64,000 bases of DNA from Candidatus Binatia bacterium (GCA_963664395.2 OY761159.2:3840001-3904000), one strand, 5' to 3'. Positions 19,338 through 30,425 are shown, counted from the stretch's first letter. Numbers and translations: made by a program. Notes: generated from the letters alone by a model not told the origin.

Positions 19338-19838
19338 ATGTCACTGATCAATAGCATTCCAGAGATGGTGGTCACAACCAAGCTTGATGAGGTCCTCAAT
19401 TGGACGCGTAAATCATCCGTATGGTACATGCTATTCGGCCTTGCGTGTTGTGCTATTGAGCTCATGCAAACCGGTGGCCCACGGGCGGATTTGGATCGTT
19501 TCGGGGCGGCTCCACGGGCCACCCCGCGCCAGTCTGACATGATGATTATTGCCGGGACGCTCACATTGAAGATGGCACTCCGGACTAAAGTCCTCTATGA
19601 TCAAATGCCTGACCCCAAATATGTGATTTCCATGGGGAGTTGTTCAAATTGTGGTGGGCTGTTTCAGTTAGCGTACTCAGTCTGTGATGGCGTCGATAAA
19701 GTGATTCCCGTTGACGTCTATGTTCCTGGATGTCCGCCCCGTCCCGAAGCCCTGACAGAGGGTCTGCTCAAACTCCAAGAAAAGATGATGCAGGAGCGAT
19801 GGCTGGTGAAGGGCTCTTCTGCGCAAGCTGCGGCATAA
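19338..19838 (+). CDS. nuoB: Complex I subunit B
   Basis: [29 protein letters not shown]. Confidence 0.95.
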   Translation: MSLINSIPEMVVTTKLDEVLNWTRKSSVWYMLFGLACCAIELMQTGGPRADLDRFGAAPRATPRQSDMMIIAGTLTLKMALRTKVLYDQMPDPKYVISMGSCSNCGGLFQLAYSVCDGVDKVIPVDVYVPGCPPRPEALTEGLLKLQEKMMQERWLVKGSSAQAAA

Positions 19839-19892
19839 AAGAGCTTGTAGACAAGCGACACAACAGGAAGAGCACGGCATTGTGTGTGAGCT

Positions 19893-20387
19893 ATGAGTCC
19901 CACAGAGATACACCGGAAATTACAAGACCAGCATAACGACGCAATTGAATCCTTTGATGCTGACGCCCTTGATCCTTTCGTGCTTGTCAAGCCAGACCCT
20001 ATCGTTGAGGTTTGTCAATTTCTTCACGACGATCCAGATTTGGCCTTCGACTGTTTGACTAATATGTCTGGGGTTGACTTCTTAAAAGAGAGACATATTC
20101 AAGTTGTCCTCCATCTCTACTCCTATACTCATCGACATATGATAGTGGTCAAGGTCAATGTTTCGCGCGAAGAGCCCAGCATGCCTTCTGTGGAAACGGT
20201 CTGGAAGGCAGCCAATTGGCTGGAACGCGAGATCTATGACTTGCTTGGTGTCATTTTTACCGGACACTCGGACTTGAGACGTTTGTTAATGCCGGAAGAC
20301 TGGATTGGGCATCCGCTCCGCAAGGATTTTGTCGAGCCCGAAGAGTACCATGGAATCAGCACGCGTCGAGAGAGCTTGCTGAAATAA
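19893..20387 (+). CDS. nuoC: Complex I subunit C
   Basis: [28 protein letters not shown]. Confidence 0.95.
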   Translation: MSPTEIHRKLQDQHNDAIESFDADALDPFVLVKPDPIVEVCQFLHDDPDLAFDCLTNMSGVDFLKERHIQVVLHLYSYTHRHMIVVKVNVSREEPSMPSVETVWKAANWLEREIYDLLGVIFTGHSDLRRLLMPEDWIGHPLRKDFVEPEEYHGISTRRESLLK

Positions 20388-20462
20388 GTACACGCCCGTG
20401 TTCCACCCCACCCTCGTCTTTTCTATAGCCCCTTTTATTCAAACCCAAAGCGGGAGAAGCGT

Positions 20463-21617
20463 ATGAGCCTGGCAGGGTATGAGTTCGAAGTCCAACGTGA
20501 CGATGGTTTAGCAACGGAAGAAATGACTCTGAATATGGGCCCCCAACATCCGAGTACGCATGGTGTGTTGCGTTTTGTGGTCAAGGCTGATGGTGAAATC
20601 ATGCGTACGGCGCTCCCCGATGTTGGCTACCTGCATCGCTCCATAGAAAAGATATCCGAGAAGGTCGGCTATCACGGCTTCATGCCCTATACGGATCGAG
20701 TCGACTATGTATCGGCCATGCAGTGTAACCAAGGCTGGGCCATGGTCTGCGAGCGGGCTGCTGGGATTGAAGTTCCTCGGCGGGGGGAGTTTTGCAGAGT
20801 GATCGCTTGCGAGTTGGGCCGGATCGCCAGTCACCTGCTCTCGGTTGGTACCATGGTTATGGATATCGGTGGGATGACACCATTTACGCACGCGCTTCGG
20901 GAGCGGGAGAAGGTTAACAACCTGCTTGAAGATCTGTGCGGGGCGCGTTTGACCTTCAACTATATGCGCATTGGTGGCGTAGCCTGGGATTTGCCACCAG
21001 ACTACGAAGAACAAGTGACTGCATTCCTGGATCAATTTGAATCCTTCATCGCCGAATACAATGACCTGATCTCCTACAATAAGATCTATATCGAACGCTT
21101 AGCCAATGTTGCTGCGGTCAGTAAAGAAGAGGCGATTAACTACAACTTGGTTGGACCAAATCTGCGTGGCTGCGGTTTTCAGTATGATGTGCGCCGGGAT
21201 GAGCCATATTCGATTTACCCAGAGTTAGACTTTGATGTACCAGTTGGGACTGGAGAATTCGGCACCCTTGGCGATTGCTTTGACCGCTACATGGTGCGGA
21301 TTAAAGAGCTAAAAGAATCGTGTAAAATGGTCCGCCAATGCTTGAATATGATTCCTGAAGGGCCGGTCTTGGCGAAAGTTGCAAAGAAACTTAAACCGCC
21401 TGTTGGCGATGCTCACGTCCGTGTCGAAGCCTCTCGGGGGGATATGGGCTGGTATGTGGTCAGTGATGGGAGTGAGTTTCCCTACCGAACAAAAATTAGG
21501 ACCGGGTCGTTTTCAGCGATGGGTATTGTGGAGAAGCTCAGTCGCGGCCTTATGCTTGCTGACTTGATTGCGCTGATTGCCAGTCTTGATGTGGTGGCCC
21601 CTGAAGTTGACCGTTAA
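20463..21617 (+). CDS. nuoD: Complex I subunit D
   Basis: [24 protein letters not shown], terminal EVDR. Confidence 0.95.
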   Translation: MSLAGYEFEVQRDDGLATEEMTLNMGPQHPSTHGVLRFVVKADGEIMRTALPDVGYLHRSIEKISEKVGYHGFMPYTDRVDYVSAMQCNQGWAMVCERAAGIEVPRRGEFCRVIACELGRIASHLLSVGTMVMDIGGMTPFTHALREREKVNNLLEDLCGARLTFNYMRIGGVAWDLPPDYEEQVTAFLDQFESFIAEYNDLISYNKIYIERLANVAAVSKEEAINYNLVGPNLRGCGFQYDVRRDEPYSIYPELDFDVPVGTGEFGTLGDCFDRYMVRIKELKESCKMVRQCLNMIPEGPVLAKVAKKLKPPVGDAHVRVEASRGDMGWYVVSDGSEFPYRTKIRTGSFSAMGIVEKLSRGLMLADLIALIASLDVVAPEVDR

Positions 21618-21644
21618 AGGGAAATAGGGTACGAGTGCGGCGCT

Positions 21645-22835
21645 ATGCAGAGCTTTATTGACGGCTTAATTGCCAGTGGAGCGTTTGGCGGGCTACCTGC
21701 GGAGGCAGTCTACCCCGCCATTATGTTTCTTTTTGCCTCCCTCGTTGTCTTCGGCTTTGTTTTACCCCTTGTGACCATCACTGTTTGGCTTGAGCGGCGG
21801 GTTTGGGCGCGCATCCAGTCGCGCGTTGGGCCAAATCGCGTTGGGCCACAAGGCGTTCTGCAAGGGCTGGCTGACGGGGTGAAAAATATCCTGAAAGAAG
21901 ATGTGGTTCCTGATGCTGCAGATCGTCCGCTGTTTATGTTTGCGCCCTATCTGCTGGTCTGGGGATTTTTGGCTACATTTGTCGTTATTCCGTTCAGCAG
22001 CGCGCTCATTATTGCTGACCTCAATGTGGGTATTCTCTATATCACGGCGATCGTTGCGCTCTCCGCCGTTGGTGTCCTCATGGCGGGCTGGGCATCAAAT
22101 AATAAATGGTCCCTGCTGGGCGGCATTCGATCTGCCGCCCAGGTCGTGAGTTATGAAATTCCTGCTGGGCTGGCGTTGCTACCCGTTGTGCTTCTGACTG
22201 GAACACTGAGCACGCAAGGCATTATTCAAGCGCAGGGCTGGGCCCCCTGGGACTGGTTCATGTTCCATAGCCCGTTTACGTTCATTGCCGCCTGTGCTTT
22301 CTACATTTCAGCTCTTGCGGAAACCAATCGTACGCCTTTTGACATTCCGGAGGCGGAATCGGAATTGGTGGCTGGATTTGCGACCGAGTACAGCGGTTTC
22401 CGGTTTGCTCTATTCTTTTTGGCAGAGTGGGGAAGCTTGTACGTGACGGGTGCCATCATGACCGTATTATTCTTAGGTGGATGGCAGATCCCGACCGGAT
22501 GGACACATAATACGGTTGTGTTGAACATCGCGCAGTTGGCGGTCTTTTTCCTCAAGGCATATTTCTGGGTCTTCCTCGCCATGTGGATACGCGGCACACT
22601 GCCTCGTATCCGGGTGGATCAGATGATGTCGTTGTGTTGGAAGTATTTAGTGCCGCTTGGATTTGTGAATTTGATTGGCACAGCGGTGTGGATGGTGATA
22701 TGGCCTGAGGGAAACCCGTTGGTACCGTATCTCATGGTTGTCGGTACGCTTGTTGTTGGTGTCATTTTCTTACGGCGAGTCCTGTATCATTTACGTCGGG
22801 CTAAGCCGGAACTCTATTTTAATCCAGCAATCTAA
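21645..22835 (+). CDS. nuoH: Complex I subunit H
   Basis: ERRV.ARIQSRVGPNRVG, PFDIPEAESELVAG, PRIRVDQ. Confidence 0.95.
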   Translation: MQSFIDGLIASGAFGGLPAEAVYPAIMFLFASLVVFGFVLPLVTITVWLERRVWARIQSRVGPNRVGPQGVLQGLADGVKNILKEDVVPDAADRPLFMFAPYLLVWGFLATFVVIPFSSALIIADLNVGILYITAIVALSAVGVLMAGWASNNKWSLLGGIRSAAQVVSYEIPAGLALLPVVLLTGTLSTQGIIQAQGWAPWDWFMFHSPFTFIAACAFYISALAETNRTPFDIPEAESELVAGFATEYSGFRFALFFLAEWGSLYVTGAIMTVLFLGGWQIPTGWTHNTVVLNIAQLAVFFLKAYFWVFLAMWIRGTLPRIRVDQMMSLCWKYLVPLGFVNLIGTAVWMVIWPEGNPLVPYLMVVGTLVVGVIFLRRVLYHLRRAKPELYFNPAI

Positions 22836-22858
22836 AGCAACTACTAAAGGAACTCTCC

Positions 22859-23440
22859 ATGGCGAATGGTATTGGCCAATATCTGAAGCATGCCAAAGAT
22901 GCGGTTGCCACGATTTTCGAAGGGATGAGTGTAACCATGTCCCACTTCGTGCGCAAGCCATATACTATTCAGTACCCTGACCGGATCGCGGTACGAGTCC
23001 AAGATACGCTTCCCCTGCGCTATCGAGGCATTCTTGAAGTTGACTTAGAGATTTGTACTGGCTGTTTGGCGTGCGAGCGGGCGTGTCCGATTGACTGTAT
23101 TGTTATTGATGCGCCAAAAGACAAGGAGACCCGGGTGATGCTCCTGAGCCGCTTTGACATAGACATTGCCAAATGCATGTACTGTGGTCTCTGCAGTGAG
23201 GTATGTCCCACCGGCTCGATCCATCATACGACCGAGTTTGAGGGGGCGGATTACTCACTGGAGAGTATGATCCGCCGTTTCGTGAAGGACCCTATATTGG
23301 CCTATAAGGCGAAGAAAGGGGAGGAGACTGATCCTCTGATTGCCCCGGTCTTAGACCGAGGCATGGAATTCCTTGCGGAATGGGCAGAGCCTGTTGATAT
23401 GAAGAAATATAAAAAAGGGCAAGAAGAGGCTGCCTCATAA
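22859..23440 (+). CDS. nuoI: Complex I subunit I
   Basis: Two CxxCxxCxxxCP motifs. Confidence 0.95.
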   Translation: MANGIGQYLKHAKDAVATIFEGMSVTMSHFVRKPYTIQYPDRIAVRVQDTLPLRYRGILEVDLEICTGCLACERACPIDCIVIDAPKDKETRVMLLSRFDIDIAKCMYCGLCSEVCPTGSIHHTTEFEGADYSLESMIRRFVKDPILAYKAKKGEETDPLIAPVLDRGMEFLAEWAEPVDMKKYKKGQEEAAS

Positions 23441-23463
23441 GTCGCAGGTGAGGAGATATAGGA

Positions 23464-23979
23464 ATGCCTTTGGAAGCGTTTATTTTCTATCTTCTGGCTG
23501 CCTTGACCATAGGGTCGGCGCTCATCGTAGCTCTCTCACACAACTTGGTGCACTCTGCCTTCGCTCTGTTGGGAACATTTATGGGAGTGGCTGGCTTGTA
23601 CGCTATGTTAGCCGCTGACTTTGTCGCGGTTATTCAGGTCATGCTCTACATTGGCGGCATTCTTGTACTCATCCTTTTTGCGGTGATGCTGACCCATCGT
23701 ATCGCTGACGTAGAGGTCTCGAATCGGACGGTCGGACGTATTCCCGCCGCGTTGCTTCTCGGTGTTGTCGGGACAGTCATGGGGGTCTGCATTGGGGAGG
23801 CTGAATGGGTACAGCATGCTGACCCTGCTGCCGAGCCTACGACGTTCGGTATTGGCCAGGCATTTCTTGGGCCGTATATCTTGCCGTTCGAGCTCGCTTC
23901 AGTCGTATTGCTCGTTGCGTTGATTGGGGCGGTTGTGGTGTCACGGAAGGAGCTGCGTGGGCCCATGGTTGACGGATGA
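23464..23979 (+). CDS. nuoJ: Complex I subunit J
   Basis: QVMLYIGGILVL.LFAVML, PFELASVVLL. Confidence 0.94.
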   Translation: MPLEAFIFYLLAALTIGSALIVALSHNLVHSAFALLGTFMGVAGLYAMLAADFVAVIQVMLYIGGILVLILFAVMLTHRIADVEVSNRTVGRIPAALLLGVVGTVMGVCIGEAEWVQHADPAAEPTTFGIGQAFLGPYILPFELASVVLLVALIGAVVVSRKELRGPMVDG

Positions 23980-24067
23980 TTGCCTGGTCAAGTACAGGCG
24001 ATCTCTCGACGGCCTCCCTTGATTTTTTTCCTACTCCCATTTAAGACGGGACAACCTCACTCTACGA

Positions 24068-24397
24068 ATGATTATGGATGGACTACTGCTCGATATAGGG
24101 CTACGGCACTTTCTGTTTGTCAGTCTTATTATTTTTGTGCTTGGCCTCTATTGTGTCCTGACCAGGAAGAACGCCATTGGAATTCTTTTGGGTGTGGAGT
24201 TGATTCTGAACTCCGCAAACATTAACTATATTGCCTTTTCACACTTTTCTTCCGGCAATTACGATGGCCAGGTGTTTGCGATCTTCGTGATTATGCTGGC
24301 TGCTGCCGAAGCGGTTATTGGCCTGGCTATCGTGCTTGGGATATACCAGAACTTTTCGTCGATCGACATTGAAGCAATCGATAGCTTGCAAGGCTAG
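24068..24397 (+). CDS. nuoK: Complex I subunit K
   Basis: GVELILNSANIN, AAAEAVIGLA. Confidence 0.94.
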   Translation: MIMDGLLLDIGLRHFLFVSLIIFVLGLYCVLTRKNAIGILLGVELILNSANINYIAFSHFSSGNYDGQVFAIFVIMLAAAEAVIGLAIVLGIYQNFSSIDIEAIDSLQG

Positions 24398-24400
24398 TCT

Positions 24401-26581
24401 ATGGATCACCCGCTTCTCGTGTCCTATCTGCGCTGGATCGTCCTCTTCCCCCTTTTAGGCGCCGTTATCAATGGTATTGTCGGTGCGAAGATCCAGGAGC
24501 GTTTTGGGAAGAACGGGATCAGTATCGTTGCCTGCTCTGCTGTTGGTCTTGCCTTTCTCTTTGCGCTGTGTGCCTTCTTTCAGCTCGCCAGCGTAGAACC
24601 TGAAGAGCGCTATCTTCTCGATACGCTCCTGCGTTGGATACATATCGGCTCGCTTCAGGTCGATATTGCGTTCGCTGTTGATCCCCTGTCCAGCATGATG
24701 GTCCTGATCGTCACCGGCATTGGCGGCCTGATTCATCTGTATTCGATCGGCTATATGCATGACGACGAAGCGTACTGGCGTTTTTTCGCCTATCTCAATC
24801 TTTTTACTGCGGCAATGCTGACCCTGGTGCTAGCCGATAACCTGTTGCTGATGTTTGTGGGCTGGGAAGGCGTTGGACTGTGCTCATATGGACTGATTGG
24901 ATTTTGGTATAAAGAGCATGCGAACACCACTGCTGGAAACAAAGCCTTTATTGTCAACCGGATTGGTGACGCAGGTTTTACGCTGGGTATTTTTATTATT
25001 TTCTGGAGTCTCTTTGAAGCGGGACACGGGACTACGGCGGTCTTTCGTGACCTGAGTCATCTTATTCATCATCTGGAAGGTCAGATGGTCTGGGGTGTCC
25101 CTGCGGCGACGCTAGCGGCGCTGTGTCTTTTTGTCGGGGCGACTGGGAAATCTGCCCAAATTCCGCTCTATGTCTGGTTGCCTGATGCTATGGCTGGACC
25201 GACTCCTGTGAGTGCCTTGATCCATGCGGCGACCATGGTGACTGCCGGCGTGTATATGATGGCTCGGATGCACTTTCTCTTTTCCATGTCGCCGGTTGCG
25301 CTCGGCGTGGTGGCGACGGTTGGGGCCCTCACCGCGCTGGTTGCGGCAACCATTGGCCTCGCCCAGTTTGATATTAAGAAAGTGCTCGCGTATTCAACTG
25401 TCAGTCAGCTCGGTTATATGGTACTTGGCGTCGGTGTTGGCGCGTATGGCGCCGCTGTTTTTCATCTGATGACGCATGCCTTTTTTAAAGCCTGCCTGTT
25501 TCTTGGATCGGGAAGCGTCATTCACGCCATGGGTGATGAGCAGGATATGCGCAAGATGGGCGGTCTCAGAGAGAAAATGCCGCTCACCTTTTGGACATTC
25601 TTGATCTCAACTATCGCTATTGCAGGTATCCCGCCACTGGCCGGATTTTTCTCAAAAGACGAAATTCTGTGGCTGACGTTTTCGGGTGGACATCCGCTCC
25701 TGTGGTTGATCGGATTTGCTGCTGCCGGGATGACCGCGTTCTATATGTTTCGTCAGGTCTTCATGGTGTTTTTTGGAGAGAATCGTGCGGATGAGCACAC
25801 CAAAGAGCATTTGCATGAGTCTCCTCCAGTGATGACCTCCCCCTTGATTATTCTGGCCGTGGGTGCGGTCTTTGCCGGTTTTCTTGGGGTGCCCCCAGCC
25901 CTCGGCGGGAGTAATATCTTGGAACACTGGTTGGCGCCCGTCTTTGCCGCTGGTCATGGCGGCGGCCATACTGCCCATCAGGTTGAAGCGATTGAGTATG
26001 TTCTTATGGCGGCCTCCGTTGGGATTGCCGCGGTCGGTATATTCCTCGCCTATCTGATTTACTATCGGCAGTCCGTATCCGCCGACACGTTTACTACGGT
26101 CGGAGGCGGTATACCGTATCAAGCCGTGTTCAACAAATACTATATTGACGAACTCTACCATGCGACGGCCGTCCGAGGGACGCTGGCTGTCAGCTGGTTG
26201 TGTTCCGCCTTTGACCGTCATGTCATAGATTTTATCGTAAATGGCGTTGCCAAGCTAACCGGCCTAGTGGGCTGGGCGGTTGGCCGGTTCGACCACTACG
26301 TCATTGATGGGCTGGTGAACGGACTGGCCGATGTCATTTTTGGTATCGGCAATCGGTTGCGTCAAATCCAGACTGGCAACCTCAGTATTTATCTGTATGT
26401 CATTGTTGGTACGATTGCCGTCTCCCAATTCTTACCGCGTATAGGAGCAGACGTATTATTTCCTGTCGTTATTGTGTTTCTCTCCCTGGTGGTCGTGGTT
26501 GGAATAGCGCTGTGGTTCTCCACCAGACGAATCCCGTGGCGTCTGATGTTTACAAAAGAGGGAGTCTCGGAACTCCGGTGA
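24401..26581 (+). CDS. nuoL: Complex I subunit L
   Basis: GWEGVG, NRIGD, KSAQIPL.VWLPDAMAGPTPVSALIHAATMV. Confidence 0.96.
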   Translation: MDHPLLVSYLRWIVLFPLLGAVINGIVGAKIQERFGKNGISIVACSAVGLAFLFALCAFFQLASVEPEERYLLDTLLRWIHIGSLQVDIAFAVDPLSSMMVLIVTGIGGLIHLYSIGYMHDDEAYWRFFAYLNLFTAAMLTLVLADNLLLMFVGWEGVGLCSYGLIGFWYKEHANTTAGNKAFIVNRIGDAGFTLGIFIIFWSLFEAGHGTTAVFRDLSHLIHHLEGQMVWGVPAATLAALCLFVGATGKSAQIPLYVWLPDAMAGPTPVSALIHAATMVTAGVYMMARMHFLFSMSPVALGVVATVGALTALVAATIGLAQFDIKKVLAYSTVSQLGYMVLGVGVGAYGAAVFHLMTHAFFKACLFLGSGSVIHAMGDEQDMRKMGGLREKMPLTFWTFLISTIAIAGIPPLAGFFSKDEILWLTFSGGHPLLWLIGFAAAGMTAFYMFRQVFMVFFGENRADEHTKEHLHESPPVMTSPLIILAVGAVFAGFLGVPPALGGSNILEHWLAPVFAAGHGGGHTAHQVEAIEYVLMAASVGIAAVGIFLAYLIYYRQSVSADTFTTVGGGIPYQAVFNKYYIDELYHATAVRGTLAVSWLCSAFDRHVIDFIVNGVAKLTGLVGWAVGRFDHYVIDGLVNGLADVIFGIGNRLRQIQTGNLSIYLYVIVGTIAVSQFLPRIGADVLFPVVIVFLSLVVVVGIALWFSTRRIPWRLMFTKEGVSELR

Positions 26582-26631
26582 ACCAGACTTTTTATCAAGC
26601 CCATTGTGTGGATGTGCGGTAAGGAGCTGCT

Positions 26632-28203
26632 GTGGAGTCCTCTATTCTTACCTTAATGATTTTCTTTCCCCTGGCGGGTATGGTCACCGTCTTCTGCCTG
26701 CCGAGCCAAGCGAAAGATTTAATCAGGTGGACTGCTTTTGCCTTTACCCTGCCAGCATTCTTTTTGGGAATCTGGCTCTACCAGAACTTTGATACCACGA
26801 CCACAGCGCTTCAGTTTGTGGTGAATGTCCCGTGGATTGAATCATTTAATATCCGCTACTTTGTTGGCGTCGATGGAGTCAGCATATCCATGATTTTGCT
26901 GACCGCCGTTCTGTGCCCTATCTGCATTCTTGCTTCGTGGAATATTGAGCGGGCCGAGAAGGGCTATTTCGCCTTGTTCCTGCTGTTGGATACGGCCATG
27001 ACGGGTGTTTTTTGCGCCATGGACTTCTTCCTGTTTTTTATCTTCTGGGAGTTGATGCTGCTGCCGATGTATTTCCTGATTGGCATATGGGGTGGGCCGC
27101 GGCGTGAATATGCCGCCATCAAATTTTTTCTGTATACCATGTTCGGCAGTGCGCTGATGTTGGTGTGTATGCTGGTCTTCTACTTTCAGGCTGGGGCTGT
27201 CGAAGGCGTCGGCTACACTTTTGATCTGACTCAGCTCCCCGCCGTGGCGCAGCACTTTCAGGCCGAGCCGGTCTTGTTTGGCTTCTCTTTGCCAGAGATC
27301 ATGTGGCTTGCGCTCTTTATTAACTTTGCCGTAAAAATCCCAGCCTTCCCCTTCCATACGTGGTTGCCTGACGCGCACGTCGAAGCGCCAACCGCGATCT
27401 CTGTCATTCTGGCGGGCGTGCTGCTGAAAATGGGAACATATGGGATTTTGCGCGTCAATTATCCCCTGCTCCCGGCAGAAACCTTCTTTTTTGCGCCGTA
27501 CTTTTTGGCGGCCTTAGGCGCCTGGAACATCGTCTATGGGGCCTTCTGCGCCTTAGCCCAGTGTTTTACCGAGCCCAAGGATCTGAAAAAGCTCGTGGCC
27601 TATTCCAGTATCAGCCACATGGGGTATGTCATGTTGGGTATGGCATCGTTTACTCCACAAGGGATCAATGGTGCGGTCTTACAGATGTTCAATCACGGCA
27701 CGATTACTGCCATGCTCTTCCTCATTGTCGGAGTAATCTATGATCGGGCCCACCACCGCCGCATTGACGGGTTTGGCGGCTTAGCTTCTGTCATGCCGGT
27801 CTATACCGGCGTGATGGGCCTCGCTTTCTTTGCCGCCATGGGACTCCCTGGTTTGTCGGCCTTTATTTCTGAGGTCCTGTGTCTACTCGGCGCATGGCAT
27901 ACGCATAAAATCCCCACCTTACTTGGCGCTCTTACCGTAATTATCACAGCGAGTTATCTACTCTGGACAATCCAACAAATGTTTCTCGGAAAACCACGTG
28001 ATGAGTACGCCGAGATGCATCTTTCGGAAATCAATACGAGAGAACTGTGTATGTTAGTCCCGCTTGGGGTTATTGTTGTGGTCCTGGGATTTTATCCGCA
28101 TGCCGTTCTGGACCTTATCGACGTCTCGCTCCAGGGGCTCAACGAGGTCGTGCTGTCTGCAAGTGCAAGCAGTCATGATGCAGCGGCAGTTGCTCTTCGC
28201 TAG
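26632..28203 (+). CDS. nuoM: Complex I subunit M
   Basis: FWELMLLPMYFLIG.WG, HTWLPDAHVEAPT, KMGTYG. Confidence 0.96.
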   Translation: MESSILTLMIFFPLAGMVTVFCLPSQAKDLIRWTAFAFTLPAFFLGIWLYQNFDTTTTALQFVVNVPWIESFNIRYFVGVDGVSISMILLTAVLCPICILASWNIERAEKGYFALFLLLDTAMTGVFCAMDFFLFFIFWELMLLPMYFLIGIWGGPRREYAAIKFFLYTMFGSALMLVCMLVFYFQAGAVEGVGYTFDLTQLPAVAQHFQAEPVLFGFSLPEIMWLALFINFAVKIPAFPFHTWLPDAHVEAPTAISVILAGVLLKMGTYGILRVNYPLLPAETFFFAPYFLAALGAWNIVYGAFCALAQCFTEPKDLKKLVAYSSISHMGYVMLGMASFTPQGINGAVLQMFNHGTITAMLFLIVGVIYDRAHHRRIDGFGGLASVMPVYTGVMGLAFFAAMGLPGLSAFISEVLCLLGAWHTHKIPTLLGALTVIITASYLLWTIQQMFLGKPRDEYAEMHLSEINTRELCMLVPLGVIVVVLGFYPHAVLDLIDVSLQGLNEVVLSASASSHDAAAVALR

Positions 28204-28230
28204 TGTATTGAACGAGATGGAAAGAGTGCC

Positions 28231-29745
28231 ATGAACCTCGGCAGTATTGAAAGCCTGGTATATTTCTACCCTGAAGGGACTCTCGTTCTCTCTATTCTGA
28301 CGGTTTTTATTGTAGACCTCTTTGTGGAAGATAAGGAGCGGCTCGGCAACATTGCACTTGTTGGAGCCGCTCTGGCCTTAGTCTTTACTTCAGGTCTGTC
28401 CTTCTTTGGTGTCCGCTTTATCGAAGGATTGCAAGGAGCTGGGGAAGGGTGGCTGTTTCATCGCATGATTGCGCTGGACAGTTTTGCGATTTTCTTTAAG
28501 GTGATTCTTTCCTTGTCTGTGGTGGGAGCCATCTGGATGTCTCTTGGCTCAAAGGAGATCAAGGGGCCAAATCAGGGGGAATATTATGGAATTCTGTTGG
28601 CGAGCGGACTCGGCATGTTTTTTATGGCCTCGGCAACGAATCTGCTCCTGGCCTACCTTTCTTTGGAGTTCGTCAGTCTGACATCTTATGTCCTGACGGG
28701 GTATTTGACGCGAAATCGAAGATCTGGAGAAGCCGCGCTCAAATATTTAATTTACGGTGGTGTGGCATCCGGAACCATGATCTATGGCATGAGCTGGATA
28801 TTTGGTTTGACCGGAAGTTTGGATTACGCGGAGATTAATGTTGCTCTGCTGCAAAATGCTCCAGATCAACTTACGCTATTTATTGCCCTTGTCCTCATGT
28901 TGGCAGGGTTCGGCTATAAGATTGCTGCCGTTCCCTTCCATATGTGGGCTCCCGATGTCTACCACGGGGCGCCCATTCCCGTGACGGCTTTTCTTTCGGT
29001 AGGCTCAAAGGCAGCTGGCTTCGCTCTCCTCATGCGATTTTTCTATCCAGCGCTCTCTCAACGTGGAGACGCCGGTATGTGGCAATTCGTCCCCGGTGTC
29101 GAGTGGCCACAGCTTATGCTTATCGTTGCTATGGTGACAATGACTCTTGGGAACTTAGCAGCCCTCAACCAGCATAATGTGAAGCGTCTCTTAGCCTATT
29201 CCAGCATCGCTCACGCCGGCTACATTCTTATGGGGTTCGTTGTTCTCAGCGACGAAGGGCTGCGGGCCATGTTGTTCTACATCATCGTCTATTATTTGAT
29301 GAACCTTGGCGCGTTTATCGTCGTCATGGTTGTGGCGAATAATACTGACCGCGAAGATATCGAGGGCTTTCGTGGGCTTGCCTGGCGAGGTGGCGCCTTG
29401 CCTGCAGCAGCGATGGCAATTTTCCTCTTTTCGCTTACGGGCCTTCCTCCGTTTGCGGGCTTCATCGGAAAATTTTATCTCTTTGCCGCCGTGATCAAAG
29501 GACAATTCTATTGGCTTGCCGTGGTTGGGATATTGAATAGTGTTGTGTCCCTCTATTATTACGCTCGCATTGTAAAGACGATGTTCCTTGATGAGCCGTC
29601 TGATGCAGAGGGTGAAGTTGCTCTCGACCCACACAATGGATCTTTACTTGTGATCCTGAGCGTTGCGACTGTTGTCCTTGGAGTGTATTGGGCACCTGTC
29701 TTCGATTTTGCTGACCGTTCGACACACTTTTTCCTAGGCAGCTAG
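28231..29745 (+). CDS. nuoN: Complex I subunit N
   Basis: EAALKY, KIAAVPFHMWAPDVY.GAP, KRLLAYSSIAH. Confidence 0.96.
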   Translation: MNLGSIESLVYFYPEGTLVLSILTVFIVDLFVEDKERLGNIALVGAALALVFTSGLSFFGVRFIEGLQGAGEGWLFHRMIALDSFAIFFKVILSLSVVGAIWMSLGSKEIKGPNQGEYYGILLASGLGMFFMASATNLLLAYLSLEFVSLTSYVLTGYLTRNRRSGEAALKYLIYGGVASGTMIYGMSWIFGLTGSLDYAEINVALLQNAPDQLTLFIALVLMLAGFGYKIAAVPFHMWAPDVYHGAPIPVTAFLSVGSKAAGFALLMRFFYPALSQRGDAGMWQFVPGVEWPQLMLIVAMVTMTLGNLAALNQHNVKRLLAYSSIAHAGYILMGFVVLSDEGLRAMLFYIIVYYLMNLGAFIVVMVVANNTDREDIEGFRGLAWRGGALPAAAMAIFLFSLTGLPPFAGFIGKFYLFAAVIKGQFYWLAVVGILNSVVSLYYYARIVKTMFLDEPSDAEGEVALDPHNGSLLVILSVATVVLGVYWAPVFDFADRSTHFFLGS

Positions 29746-29863
29746 CGAGCGAGTATTCGTTAGGGTGGTAGAAGAACCTGAATTGTCCGGTGCTTGACAG
29801 CATGTTACGGTAGGAGAGCGAGAACATGACACAATTTTACGTTCAGCAGGAACTGAACCATGT

Positions 29864-29937
29864 CGGGGCGTAGCGCAGCCTGGTAGCGCACCTGCCTTGG
29901 GAGCAGGGGGTCGGCCGTTCAAATCGGCTCGCCCCGA
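29864..29937 (+). tRNA. tRNA-Pro(TGG)
   Basis: Cloverleaf; anticodon arm CCTGC-CT TGG GA-GCAGG. Confidence 0.95.
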
Positions 29938-29994
29938 TACGACGTTACGGTCAGGAGGAAAAACCCAATGCCCCTGACCGGCTAGGTCTTGAGG

Positions 29995-30068
<74 letters not shown>

Positions 30069-30071
30069 TAG

Positions 30072-30145
30072 GGTGGGTGTAGCTCAGTCGGTAGAGCACT
30101 GGGTTGTGGTCCCAGGAGTCGAGGGTTCAATCCCCTTCACCCACC
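30072..30145 (+). tRNA. tRNA-His(GTG)
   Basis: Anticodon arm CTGGG-TT GTG GT-CCCAG; encoded G-1 and C73. Confidence 0.95.
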
Positions 30146-30237
30146 TCTTCCCTTCCCTCTATATCATGATTCTCTAGCTGACGAATGCTGCCGTGGCTCC
30201 AGTTGCCATGACCAAGAATAGTGGTTATGGTGCCCGT

Positions 30238-30310
<73 letters not shown>

Positions 30311-30340
30311 CCGCCCTTGGCTGGGGCATATGGGAGAGTG

Positions 30341-30425
30341 GCGAGAGTGGCGAAATTGGCAGACGCGCTAGACTTAGGATCTAGTCCGCTTGTAGCGGAT
30401 GGGGGTTCAAGTCCCCCCTCTCGCA
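30341..30425 (+). tRNA. tRNA-Leu(TAG)
   Basis: Anticodon arm CTAGA-CT TAG GA-TCTAG; long variable arm. Confidence 0.95.

Noticed and set aside
18888-29745. Group 4 NiFe hydrogenase or Mrp antiporter interpretation
   Set aside because: The large subunit lacks both CxxC Ni-binding motifs, and subunit set and order match complex I.
29948-29980. CGGTCAGG...CCTGACCG inverted repeat between tRNA-Pro and tRNA-Arg
   Set aside because: Single 8-bp stem with no U-tract; likely a spacer hairpin, not a terminator or mobile element.
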